A model generated the notes under the pieces. The model was not told the origin of the DNA. It made no database searches and worked only from the letters and a program-made list of their open reading frames with translations. A stretch of 64,000 nucleotides of DNA from positions 25,388 through 89,387 of the IMG/VR virus record IMGVR_UViG_3300028833_000118; one strand, 5' to 3'. This DNA is from a virus. Its lineage: Duplodnaviria > Caudoviricetes. Both the position numbers and the translations under genes were made by a program. Positions 1 to 9,368 of the stretch are shown in pieces; the first letter of the stretch is position 1, and every line of letters begins with the position of its first letter.

Positions 1-1952
1 TACCAATTTCCGGTATCAATAAGCTCCTTCGCTTTCTTTGCTCTCTCCATTCGACTTTTTGCCGCATCATCCATCGGGAATGTCTCAGAATTATACCCAT
101 AATTACTCAGCGTCTTTTCCAGGCCCCCGAAAGAACTTTCTCTCGCAATCTCTTTCATTCTTCCACGTTCATCATATCCACGAACATGGAATATATGTCC
201 ATCATGCGTTATCTCAATACCGGCGTATTTTCCAAGATCCCCAAACGACTTCGCCTTAGCGTCGAACTCTTTTCTCACCTCTAAATACTTGTCATACGCC
301 GCTTCAACCTTCGGGTCTTTAATAAACTGCCTCGGGTCATATCCATACCTCTCACAGGTTCGGGCCATGTCATACATATCCCCATAACCAGAGATAGACA
401 TTTTATCTCCATCACGATCATAACCCCAAAGCTTATAATCCCCATCCGAATCGACTTCAATGACCGGATCTGTATATTTGCTCATTCCGAACGGAATAGC
501 TTTTGCTTCAAATTCTTTTCTCCGCTTTTCTCTCTCTTCCTCATATTTTTCTATCGCCGCTATCTTCTCTTTATCCTCATCACTAATGGTTAAGATATCA
601 TCCGAAACCCCATACGTTTTCATTAACCGCTCTTTAAACTGCCCATATGTTTCACCCGAGCTTTTCCTTTCATAATTCGCTCTATTACCATCCAGGTCAA
701 CACCATAGAACCTAACATCTCCATATGTACCTACTTTTATACCAACTTCCTGATACTCTTTATTTCCGAACTTTGCTACCGTCGCAGGGGGCTCATACTC
801 CATCGGGTTAAGTCTCTCTTTACCCTCTCTTGCCTTTTCTACTCCTTGTTCCTTCATGAACTTCATTGCCTCGGATCTGGTGCCGAAATTCCATGTTTTC
901 TTATGTCCATTCTCATCTTCACCTACAACATCCCACGACGTAGCCCAATACGATTCACTCTTCTTTAATTCCAGATCTCCATATTTGATTCCATCATCCC
1001 CGGTGACATATTCCTTCTTATCCGACGTAAGCCAACTGACTCGTTCTTTCTCTCTCTTCTTCAAAGACGGCGACAACTTCGCATCATCCGGGTTCATCCC
1101 TTTGGCACTTAAATAATCTCTCGCCATATCTAAAGACGGATACTCGGCTATTACCCTCTTCTTACCATCGAAATCTTTCCCGACCACAGAATACTTGCCT
1201 CCACGCAAACCAATAGAAACCTCTTCATATCCTCGCTCTCCATCATCGAACACCTTTTTCGGTAATTCCATTTCTTGAGGATTTACCATCTCTCCAGAAT
1301 CGGGATCTTGAAATTCTTCAACACCTTTTTCTTTGAGCCAATAGTACATATCACTCTTTGTATAGAATCTCTTGTACATATAACTCGGACTATAATGACC
1401 ATCTTCGGGCGCTTTTATTTTCTCCGCTCTCAAACTCCACGGGGCCTCTCCACGCCCTGCCCAACTCCGATACGATGCAGACAAGCTCCCATACTCTGCT
1501 CCACCATACCCTTCCATTTTTACACTCTTTACCGGCTCTTTCACGGGTTCCACATCAGGCGTTCCCGGATCTTCCCCTCTCTTTAATCTCTCATAAGCCC
1601 CTTCTGCTGTGATTCCCTTACCCGCCAGAGCATCCCAAGCCTCTTTCGGCCCCCATCCTTCTCCGATCTCAATACCAAACCTCATACAAAGCCCGAACGG
1701 AAGCCTCGTATTACCATGGCCTCCACCAGAACTTCCACCACCCTGATTATTGTTTTCATTCTCTTCATCATCTGGGGCGTCCATCCGAAACGGGTTTACA
1801 CTTTTTTCTTTTTTGATGGTTTCTACTTCGCCTTTTTGATAACTCATCACATCCAACGGAGCATCCCAATTGGGATTATACTTCGGTTTGATTCCCCTCA
1901 ATCCAAGCCGTTTCTCTCTTCTTTTCCTATATCTCAATATTGCATTGTCCAT
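1..1952 (-). CDS. Large leader-bearing protein with degenerate ~80-aa repeats (3' end runs off the window; absent from the ORF track)
   Basis: Manual translation from ATG at 1952 (RBS GAGAGGGG) is open to position 1: MDNAILRYRKRREKRLGLRG...FRMDAPDD...GGGHGNTRLPFGLC..., about 650 aa with no stop. Confidence 0.9.
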   Translation of the reverse strand, partial: MDNAILRYRKRREKRLGLRGIKPKYNPNWDAPLDVMSYQKGEVETIKKEKSVNPFRMDAPDDEENENNNQGGGSSGGGHGNTRLPFGLCMRFGIEIGEGWGPKEAWDALAGKGITAEGAYERLKRGEDPGTPDVEPVKEPVKSVKMEGYGGAEYGSLSASYRSWAGRGEAPWSLRAEKIKAPEDGHYSPSYMYKRFYTKSDMYYWLKEKGVEEFQDPDSGEMVNPQEMELPKKVFDDGERGYEEVSIGLRGGKYSVVGKDFDGKKRVIAEYPSLDMARDYLSAKGMNPDDAKLSPSLKKREKERVSWLTSDKKEYVTGDDGIKYGDLELKKSESYWATSWDVVGEDENGHKKTWNFGTRSEAMKFMKEQGVEKAREGKERLNPMEYEPPATVAKFGNKEYQEVGIKVGTYGDVRFYGVDLDGNRANYERKSSGETYGQFKERLMKTYGVSDDILTISDEDKEKIAAIEKYEEEREKRRKEFEAKAIPFGMSKYTDPVIEVDSDGDYKLWGYDRDGDKMSISGYGDMYDMARTCERYGYDPRQFIKDPKVEAAYDKYLEVRKEFDAKAKSFGDLGKYAGIEITHDGHIFHVRGYDERGRMKEIARESSFGGLEKTLSNYGYNSETFPMDDAAKSRMERAKKAKELIDTGNW

Positions 1953-2010
1953 ATATATTCCCCTCTCTATAAAGAAAAAAGAGGCATCGATTTCTCGACA
2001 CCTCTTTGAA

Positions 2011-3411
2011 TTACAACAGACTCTTTACATTGAACATCGGCTCTGCGAGCTCATTGAACGCATCCGAACTTCCATCCACCATATCATCATGTTTCCCATC
2101 CGGGAAGAACTCTAACTGCGACAAATACATATCATTCCAATCCGCCGCCAACACTTCCACATTCCCATTCTGCCATTGAGTCGCAAACGGCATTGCTCTC
2201 AAGATCTTACTTCCCGTTACTCTCTCACTCTTCACCGCATATCCCGCCAACTTCTTCACATACGCATCCGAGGCAATTTTTCCTGCCGCGCCCGGGTCAA
2301 TCGGGATGTGTATCTTGATCTTTCTTCCATACTTTGTCCTATCTGCCAAGGCCGTATTTAACAAGATCTTCTCCACATCTCCCGCCGCCACTCGAACATT
2401 TATCACATTCAAGACGATGAAATTTCCATTCTTCCTTCTACCCATCAATATACCAGCCGTGAAGTCTGGATCGTTATTTTCTGTTTTCTCCGTCGCCGCA
2501 AAGTCCCACGCCCGACATACCGAAACTATATCATCCGGCTCTTTCTCTACAATCCGAATCTGTGACCTCTTGAAATACAAGCCTCCTGCGGGTTTGATCT
2601 TCCAGTTACCCTTCAATAGACGCTCTCTCTCTACCTCAGGCAACGCTTTCAGATTTCCAAGATACTGCGGGTTTACCTTCAACAAAGCCTTATTGTCATA
2701 GACTGACGATGCAATAAACGTCACCGACCTTGGCTCACTCAATTCCTCTTCTGTCTTGAGATTGAACCTATCTATGAGCTCTTTTTTGCTATCCGCCCAA
2801 TATACGGTATTCTCTCTTCGGATCATCCACCTTACCACTCCTGATCTCTCCGGAATGGCATATCCAGTATCTTGATCGATCCACCATGAAATAAAATTAG
2901 CTACCCACGAATCCGGGTCTGGGTTGCATGATGCCAACACATACGGCCTGACACCACACATACTCCGGTTTCGGGATAGCATATAAAAGAAAACATATTC
3001 CGAAAAATGCGTTAACTCATCGAATTCAATACCACATATCTGAGCGCCCTGATAATTATGAGCCTCTTCATCTCTTTCAATATGCTTGAATGATACCCTC
3101 GAAAGAATGCTTCCATCTGTATCATGAAACTCCCAAGCCGCATCGCCCTTCTTGACCTCTGCCCCATCTATGCGAGAATACATATCCCGGGCATTGTCCC
3201 ATAGCGCACCCTCGGTAAATATCTGGTTTGAATTCTTCCGGAATATTACGCAACCGAATCCCCTTACATCTATGAACCTCAATGGATACGCGAGCTCCGC
3301 CCACGTTTTCCCTCCACCCGCAGCCCCACCATAGATAATAACATCCGCCGCGCTTCTAAGACATTTCTCCTGCGGACCTTTTTGGGGCTTTATGATAATG
3401 GGCTCATCCAT
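2011..3411 (-). CDS. terL: Terminase large subunit
   Basis: Walker A IIYGGAAGGGKT, Walker B-like IEFDE, coupling motif SCNP, RNase H-like nuclease AWDFA...HDDMVD. Confidence 0.95.
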   Translation of the reverse strand: MDEPIIIKPQKGPQEKCLRSAADVIIYGGAAGGGKTWAELAYPLRFIDVRGFGCVIFRKNSNQIFTEGALWDNARDMYSRIDGAEVKKGDAAWEFHDTDGSILSRVSFKHIERDEEAHNYQGAQICGIEFDELTHFSEYVFFYMLSRNRSMCGVRPYVLASCNPDPDSWVANFISWWIDQDTGYAIPERSGVVRWMIRRENTVYWADSKKELIDRFNLKTEEELSEPRSVTFIASSVYDNKALLKVNPQYLGNLKALPEVERERLLKGNWKIKPAGGLYFKRSQIRIVEKEPDDIVSVCRAWDFAATEKTENNDPDFTAGILMGRRKNGNFIVLNVINVRVAAGDVEKILLNTALADRTKYGRKIKIHIPIDPGAAGKIASDAYVKKLAGYAVKSERVTGSKILRAMPFATQWQNGNVEVLAADWNDMYLSQLEFFPDGKHDDMVDGSSDAFNELAEPMFNVKSLL

Positions 3412-3914
3412 TACTCGGGATCTTCATCCCTTTCAGGAAGATAAATTTGCACTCGGGATTTGGTTGTCAGCTCTCCATCGATATTAAGATTGATGCTCGC
3501 ACCATTCTCTTTCATATACTCCATCTGCTCTTCCTTCAATACGGTCAAAGAATCCAACCCTGCACTATCTCTCACATACTTCGCCGCATTCGCATCTCCC
3601 GCCATGGCCTTTACGATCATAGACGCTAAAATAGAAGCCGCATAACTCATCTCATCATTCGGGACTCCGAACCTCTCCATAATGGCCTTATGGTTCTTAT
3701 ATGCGTCTCCTACGGGCATTTCCAACATCTTTCGTGCCAGATCCATCATCATCCGATTGTTTCTTCTCTTTTCTCCAGACTTCTTTCCGGCGATTGACGC
3801 TTTCTCTTTTCTCTCTTCTGGAGTTCTCCTCGCGTTTATTTCCTCTATAGGCATAAGGTTCTGATTGCTTTTTTCTCTTCCCTTCACCTTTTCTTCTTTT
3901 TCCTTCTTTTCCAT
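3411..3914 (-). CDS. Probable terminase small subunit
   Basis: Directly upstream of and overlapping terL; basic N-terminus (ASIAGKKSGEKRR) and helical KAMAGDANAA segment typical of TerS-like proteins. Confidence 0.6.
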   Translation of the reverse strand: MEKKEKEEKVKGREKSNQNLMPIEEINARRTPEERKEKASIAGKKSGEKRRNNRMMMDLARKMLEMPVGDAYKNHKAIMERFGVPNDEMSYAASILASMIVKAMAGDANAAKYVRDSAGLDSLTVLKEEQMEYMKENGASINLNIDGELTTKSRVQIYLPERDEDPE

Positions 3915-3922
3915 TATTTAAC

Positions 3923-4708
3923 TCACACTCCCTTTATAGGCACATGGATTATAGGATTATAATCCAACGTCTTTCTCGTTTTCTTCTGATTGTGGTTATC
4001 TGTCGTATCATTCTTTACGATCTTCTTACCCCACTTTTTCTGTAGGGCTTTTAACTGTTGCTCTTCACGTTCCAGATTCCTATATGTGGCGCATCCTCCG
4101 GCCTGTTTCGACTGTTTACAATCATAATGGATTTTGTTCACTCTCAGACAGCCACGATACATCTCACAATTCTGCAACGTCATATCATAATCTTCCTTTA
4201 ACGGAAGGTTCTCATCATATCTCAAGGGGTTTCCATGAAGGAACGCCTGAAACGGCCCACCAATATACGATATCGTGCTGAAAGGAGTCGCCTGTCTATA
4301 TGACAACGCATCCATATTACACATGACTCCCCAATACTTGAATCCGAAATCATCGCACAGAATCGTATACTTCTCTATCATCCATAGAAACTCATCTGCA
4401 TCTATCGGTATATCATCATACCCATATACGCCTTTCGGCTCGAATCTCCCCATGATCTTCAAATCATCATCCACGATTACCACCACATCATTATCCGGTA
4501 GTTCTTTGTCTAAGATATAATTCCGAATCCGGCACAGATTTCCTTGCACTTCATTCGGCACCGAAATGATGTTTTCCTCATACCCCTTATTGGCTTTCAA
4601 ATAATCCTTATACTCATTTTCCGCTACCCAGACCTTGCAATACGGCAGATATTCCAACGTCTCTACATACGGTCTCTTATACGAAGGACAATTAATGCTG
4701 ATGTTCAT
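3923..4708 (-). CDS. GT-A fold glycosyltransferase, TET-associated/GREB1-like (TAGT) family
   Basis: PSYKRP N-terminus, RNYILD, DxD motif IVDDD, LKEDYD, late GGC motif. Confidence 0.75.
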   Translation of the reverse strand: MNISINCPSYKRPYVETLEYLPYCKVWVAENEYKDYLKANKGYEENIISVPNEVQGNLCRIRNYILDKELPDNDVVVIVDDDLKIMGRFEPKGVYGYDDIPIDADEFLWMIEKYTILCDDFGFKYWGVMCNMDALSYRQATPFSTISYIGGPFQAFLHGNPLRYDENLPLKEDYDMTLQNCEMYRGCLRVNKIHYDCKQSKQAGGCATYRNLEREEQQLKALQKKWGKKIVKNDTTDNHNQKKTRKTLDYNPIIHVPIKGV

Positions 4709-5360
4709 AATGCTCCCTCAGCTTCTCCAACGCCACATTACCCTTGAGAACTCTGCCGATTCCCCTTCTCTGCATATTGGCCTTTACTACTCCGTCTTTT
4801 CTTGTACTCAGATTCTTTACTTCCTTGATATCGAACAAAGACTCGGCCTGCAGCCAATCCACCTCATTGTCGAAATACAACACCAAATAATTGTGATCTT
4901 CCCCCAACACTTCGGTGAAAGGCACATCCCCCTTCTCTTCTTCCTTTTCCTTGGCTTTCTCATCCATGGCAAGGTCGAACCCGAACATCTCCATGTCGAT
5001 ATTGATAATGGCATTCAATTCCCCATTCAACAATTCAAGATCCCAATTGCTTAATTCAGCCGTCTTGTTGTGGGCTAATGCATACGCCCTTCTCTGCTCT
5101 TCATTCAAATGATCCAACCGAATAACGGGTACTTTCTCCATTCCAAGCTGTTTCGCCGCAAGAAGTCTGCCATGCCCTTCGACAATGACATTCTCGTCTC
5201 CCCATATTCCTATCGGATCATCAAAACCGAATTCCTTTATTGAATTCGCTATCGCCAGAACATCCCACTCATGGTGCTCTCTGGCATTGTCCTCATACGC
5301 CATGATTTCATCTACCGGCAAATACTCTATTTTGAGCTCCGCCTCTTTAACGACCTCCAT
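4692..5360 (-). CDS. ParB/Srx N-terminal domain protein
   Basis: NAREH, SIKEFGFDDPI, IVEGHGRLLAAKQLG, LAHNKTAELSNWD; start refined to ATG 5360 behind AGGAGG. Confidence 0.85.
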   Translation of the reverse strand: MEVVKEAELKIEYLPVDEIMAYEDNAREHHEWDVLAIANSIKEFGFDDPIGIWGDENVIVEGHGRLLAAKQLGMEKVPVIRLDHLNEEQRRAYALAHNKTAELSNWDLELLNGELNAIINIDMEMFGFDLAMDEKAKEKEEEKGDVPFTEVLGEDHNYLVLYFDNEVDWLQAESLFDIKEVKNLSTRKDGVVKANMQRRGIGRVLKGNVALEKLREHYEHQH

Positions 5361-5383
5361 GATTGACCTCCTAAAATAATAAA

Positions 5384-5411
5384 TCCCCGCTGTTTCCGGC
5401 ACAGACGGGGG
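5384..5411 (-). terminator. Putative intrinsic terminator-like hairpin
   Basis: CCCCG(T)CTGT/ACAG-CGGGG stem with one bulge followed by ATTTATTATTTT on the - strand. Confidence 0.45.
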
Positions 5412-5561
5412 AAGCCTTTATACACCCCAAACTATCAGTAAAGGGCTATTTTCTCCACGAATTACACTTTTCCGATAATTACTGGCGAAAATAATACACA
5501 CCGGCAAATTCTCCCGAAATTACCGATGTGTACTACCTTTTCGGTGACTCCACCGATATGG

Positions 5562-5747
5562 TCAGAACTCGCACTTATCTTCACCGCAACCGCAACCTTT
5601 TTCTGACGGCATCTTCATGACTTCCTCATGCAATTTATCCAACAAATCATTGATTTCCCTTTTCCATGTATAGAAACGAGAAATCAAACCAAGAACTTTT
5701 GCCTTATCGATCAAATCATTCATTTTTTCCTCCAGATGAACTAACAA
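5562..5747 (-). CDS. Hypothetical protein
   Basis: Tiles on the coding strand; no motif recognised. Confidence 0.5.
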   Translation of the reverse strand: MLVHLEEKMNDLIDKAKVLGLISRFYTWKREINDLLDKLHEEVMKMPSEKGCGCGEDKCEF

Positions 5748-5804
5748 AATCTAAATTTCTGCTAACAAATCTTCAAAATCTTCTAATTTCATATAACTAT
5801 ACTT

Positions 5805-6005
5805 TCAATATCCCAATCTTCTCAAACTCTCATCCACGCATTTCCATATCTCCAACGGAAATCTACGGGCATTTAACATCCCTACCAAAACCCTGATCCC
5901 TATATTGTCTGGACATTCCTTCTCCAATTTCCCTAATCCAATCCCATTTTTCCTCGCTTCATTGATCCGCCTTATAATATCTTTCTTGTACTCTGATTCT
6001 TGCAT
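5805..6005 (-). CDS. Hypothetical small helical protein (possibly HTH-like)
   Basis: Tiles with neighbours, RBS present. Confidence 0.65.
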   Translation of the reverse strand: MQESEYKKDIIRRINEARKNGIGLGKLEKECPDNIGIRVLVGMLNARRFPLEIWKCVDESLRRLGY

Positions 6006-6022
6006 TTCTACATTCCTCAGAA

Positions 6023-6556
6023 TTATTCCTTCACCTTTTTGGCACCATTAGCGATAAACTTTTCAACATTCGCTCGGCTCATTTCTACCGGCCTACTTGA
6101 TCCGCCCATCCATTGCAACGCCATTTTCCCACGGCTTCGCACTACTTTAAATTTTGATCCGCCACTTCCGAATCCTCCTCCGGCAGAATATACGTCTCCC
6201 TCATTGGCATTCTTCATAAATCTATCTATCGTTTCTTTTCTTTTCTTTTTTTCTTCTGCCGTAGCATATTTCACTCCGCCTACTCGAAATACCACCGGAA
6301 TCTTCTCATATACATCATCCCCACCAGAAATAACCCGCGCTCCATTCTTAGGCTCGGCCTCTTTTTCCGGCAAATCTTCTACCTTAATAGCCCTGTTCTT
6401 ATTTGACAACCCGCGCAATTTTTCAGGCCCCTTGGTGATGTTCTTATCATCATCCACCATTACATGAGTTCCCTTTATGGTAATCCAATCATCATCCATG
6501 CGCTTTTTCAGCCTTGAATCTCTTCGCTCTTTATATTTCTTTACCGACTCATCCAT
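6023..6556 (-). CDS. Leader-bearing putative virion cargo protein, unknown payload
   Basis: N-terminus MDESVKKYKERRDSRLKKRMDDDWITIKGTHV. Confidence 0.8.
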   Translation of the reverse strand: MDESVKKYKERRDSRLKKRMDDDWITIKGTHVMVDDDKNITKGPEKLRGLSNKNRAIKVEDLPEKEAEPKNGARVISGGDDVYEKIPVVFRVGGVKYATAEEKKKRKETIDRFMKNANEGDVYSAGGGFGSGGSKFKVVRSRGKMALQWMGGSSRPVEMSRANVEKFIANGAKKVKE

Positions 6557-6559
6557 TGA

Positions 6560-7156
6560 TTATCCCCCTATAATCAATTCACTATACGGCAACGTCTCGA
6601 TCCATTCACAAAACGCTCTCCACTCCGGGAGCCTATGCGTCTTTCTCTGCTTATAGATCGTTTTCAACTGTCTATAATTGGTTGTCATCCCCGCTGTCAA
6701 CTTGAACCCGGCTGGATTGCTATACAAGATCTCCAGATACTTCTTTTTCTTTTCCTCCGGCTGGAATATATCGATCATCGAATTATACTCATTGATCTTC
6801 TCTTTCATGATATCTATGATCCTCTGATCTACATACTCATTATAAGATTTATCCAGATCGAACTTTGTAATCCGATGCATGGTTGACTCGGAACTGATAA
6901 TATCCGCAAAATGATATCGTTCCATCTCTACCCACGCCTTATTTGTAAACGTCAAATCGAACTGGACCACAATTCCCAAAAGGAAATTATCATGCCCTTC
7001 ACCGATCCGACTTTTTGCCAACACCTTGATCCCATCCGTCAGCTCATTGTTGACAGACTCCGAATCAACCGACATAGGAAATTTCGCTCTCCGAAAACTG
7101 TCCTCCAGACCATACACCTGTGCATGGCTTACGCAAGAACAACCTTTGACCTCCAT
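6560..7156 (-). CDS. Divergent ThyX (flavin-dependent thymidylate synthase)-like protein
   Basis: ERYHFADIISSES in place of RHRxxSxxxxS; NYRQLKTIYKQRKTHRLPEWRAF parallels the ThyX C-terminal NxRxLxxFxxxR...EIR. Confidence 0.5.
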   Translation of the reverse strand: MEVKGCSCVSHAQVYGLEDSFRRAKFPMSVDSESVNNELTDGIKVLAKSRIGEGHDNFLLGIVVQFDLTFTNKAWVEMERYHFADIISSESTMHRITKFDLDKSYNEYVDQRIIDIMKEKINEYNSMIDIFQPEEKKKKYLEILYSNPAGFKLTAGMTTNYRQLKTIYKQRKTHRLPEWRAFCEWIETLPYSELIIGG

Positions 7157-7177
7157 ATAATCCTCCCGATAAATAAC

Positions 7178-7208
7178 AAAAGCCCGGTCACTTCTCGACC
7201 GAGCTTTT
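7178..7208. terminator. Bidirectional intrinsic terminator
   Basis: AAAAGC-C-CGGTC loop GACCG-A-GCTTTT with T tracts on both strands. Confidence 0.8.
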
Positions 7209-7288
7209 CTTTTCTTCTTTTGGCTTTTTCTTAATCACAATAACATCGCTGTCTGTGAACCTCGAAATATTCTTATCTTCCTCTTTCT

Positions 7289-8194
7289 TCATACTTCCTC
7301 CACCTCTAACATCACATACTTGCTATTTTTGAACGCTGCCTTATTGATCTTTAACTGCTGATTTATCATATTCATCATTGACCTTTCCCTATCGGTCAGA
7401 TCTTTCTTCTCACTATACTCTTTAACCAACTCATTGGCAAGGTCAAACTTTGAATACACCTTTTTCCCTACAACTCTCCACTTACTCGTGCTTGGCGCTA
7501 ACACCTCCGCCTCATAATCCCTAAATCGGCTCAAATGCTGCACACCCACCGCACTCTTATTATTCTTACACACCAACATCACACTTGACATTGATGGCCT
7601 ATCCACTTCTGCAAAATCTCTCGCCGCCGTTTTATCGCTGCTCCAACTTGATACAGACTTCATCTCTACCTCATCGCCATCCTCAAGATCGGCGAATCGA
7701 TCCACATCTCCCTTTCCATTCCAATCCGTAAAACTCATTCCACGATAGATTTCCCCATCATACGTTCCCATTCTGGCGAGTCCATCATCTATAATCTTCT
7801 CTTGATCTTTCTTCTTCCCCTCTGTGAACTCTCTATAATCCCCACCGAAATATCCCATCAACGTCTGATGCAATTTTTTTGCTTCTTTTTGCGAATACCC
7901 AGTCTCATCCATGATGCTATCCAACGCCTTTTTATTAAACGCCGTCAGATCCTTATCCGGCACTCTCCCCCCCTTTGCTTCAACCTGTCCTCTTCTTTCT
8001 CCATTCTTCTTACCATTCGCCGGGATATATTTATCTATTACATAGAAGTCCCCCTTCACCGGGCCTCCCACCGCTTTCCCATCCTTCACCGGGACATGAA
8101 CCCCATTTTTCAACGTGATCCAATCCAACTTATCAAATCTTTCTTCTAACCTCTTCTTCCGCCTCTTTTGATATCTCTTTACAGCATCATCCAC
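7289..8194 (-). CDS. ADP-ribosyltransferase (R-S-E clade, ExE type) with N-terminal leader
   Basis: IYRG, SSWSSD and YEAEVL motifs in the canonical order; start refined to GTG 8194 (MDDAVKRYQKRRKKRL), overlapping the upstream stop. Confidence 0.85.
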   Translation of the reverse strand: MDDAVKRYQKRRKKRLEERFDKLDWITLKNGVHVPVKDGKAVGGPVKGDFYVIDKYIPANGKKNGERRGQVEAKGGRVPDKDLTAFNKKALDSIMDETGYSQKEAKKLHQTLMGYFGGDYREFTEGKKKDQEKIIDDGLARMGTYDGEIYRGMSFTDWNGKGDVDRFADLEDGDEVEMKSVSSWSSDKTAARDFAEVDRPSMSSVMLVCKNNKSAVGVQHLSRFRDYEAEVLAPSTSKWRVVGKKVYSKFDLANELVKEYSEKKDLTDRERSMMNMINQQLKINKAAFKNSKYVMLEVEEV

Positions 8195-8543
8195 TCTCCA
8201 CCACCTCTTTTCTCTCGACCCCATACACAGCCTCTATGAATCGATCCGCATTCTCTATTGACGGATTCTTTCTATACTCATCTGCCGCAGACTCGATCTC
8301 TTTCCACATCCTCGAATGATGACCGACGATCTTTTTCGCATATACCAACACATCATTATCTGCCTTGAATCTCTTCAACGCATCTTTCTTCTGATTTTCA
8401 CCCTCAGATCTTGTTATCTCTCCCGCACGAAATCTTCCATACGAATCTTTCAACTCCCAATATAACGCTCTCTCCGCACAATTCATCTCGATTTCCGGCA
8501 TCTTTCCACTCGCCGCATACTTACTGATTTCTTCCCCTGTCAT
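8187..8543 (-). CDS. Hypothetical protein
   Basis: Tiles with neighbours. Confidence 0.7.
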   Translation of the reverse strand: MTGEEISKYAASGKMPEIEMNCAERALYWELKDSYGRFRAGEITRSEGENQKKDALKRFKADNDVLVYAKKIVGHHSRMWKEIESAADEYRKNPSIENADRFIEAVYGVERKEVVESG

Positions 8544-8547
8544 CTTC

Positions 8548-9006
8548 TCACCCCACCTTATAAACTCTCAATTCGCACCCATCCAACACCTTCATTTCCG
8601 GCCTCACTATCCTCTCCCATCCCAATTCTCTTTCTACAGCATCCCAGAACCCCTTAGCTCCATCATTCCTATCAAGGATATATAAACACACATCCCCATT
8701 CCAACCTTCCACAAGGCCCCTTGCAGCCTCCAATCCAACTTTCCTATTTCTCTCATCCTTTGCTATATAGAACTCACTGATATATAAGATCTTTTTCCTT
8801 CCCCTGAATGAAACTTCATTCTTGCACACGAACCCGCACAACACCCCACCATCGACAATGAAATCCGCATCCCACATTGTCTTGCTCCACATATCCTCAT
8901 CCCATACGATCCTTCGATCATATTCACTGAGCTCATCTACATATTCTTTTGCCAAACATATAAAGAATCCCCTGTCTTTATGGCAGGGGACAAACTCTAT
9001 GCTCAT
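8548..9006 (-). CDS. GNAT family acetyltransferase
   Basis: LYISEFYIAKDERNRKVG acetyl-CoA loop and NDGAKGFW motif B. Confidence 0.8.
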   Translation of the reverse strand: MSIEFVPCHKDRGFFICLAKEYVDELSEYDRRIVWDEDMWSKTMWDADFIVDGGVLCGFVCKNEVSFRGRKKILYISEFYIAKDERNRKVGLEAARGLVEGWNGDVCLYILDRNDGAKGFWDAVERELGWERIVRPEMKVLDGCELRVYKVG

Positions 9007-9248
9007 CCGGCTATCTCCCTCATTAATTTTCTCCCCCTTTTTTGCCCTTCACTTCTTCTGCGCCGGCTTTCTTCATCATAAGCCTTTTCATATTTTCTCA
9101 TGCAATTCCACCCACAAAAATACTTGATATTCCCATTCGCATGATGGTCGGCTTTTTTATATGTCCACATCCCTATCACCGGTACAAACACATTCTTCCC
9201 GCATACTTCACATTGGCACAGTACCGACTTATCCTGCTTCGACTCCAT
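9003..9248 (-). CDS. Small Zn-binding hypothetical protein
   Basis: CEVCG...YFCGWNC cysteine pairs. Confidence 0.7.
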   Translation of the reverse strand: MESKQDKSVLCQCEVCGKNVFVPVIGMWTYKKADHHANGNIKYFCGWNCMRKYEKAYDEESRRRRSEGQKRGRKLMREIAG

Positions 9249-9368
9249 TAATGACCTCCTATAATTAAAAATGCGGGATTTTCACCCGCGCTGCTTGTTT
9301 CAGCCCACGGCTCACGCTCCATGAGTCATCAACCTTGTGGCAAGGAGTAAAACAAAAGAAGAGAACCA

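Noticed and set aside
5420-5560. Late promoter or pac site upstream of the packaging operon
   Set aside because: Only weak AATTAC-like repeats and a small hairpin; no convincing pattern.
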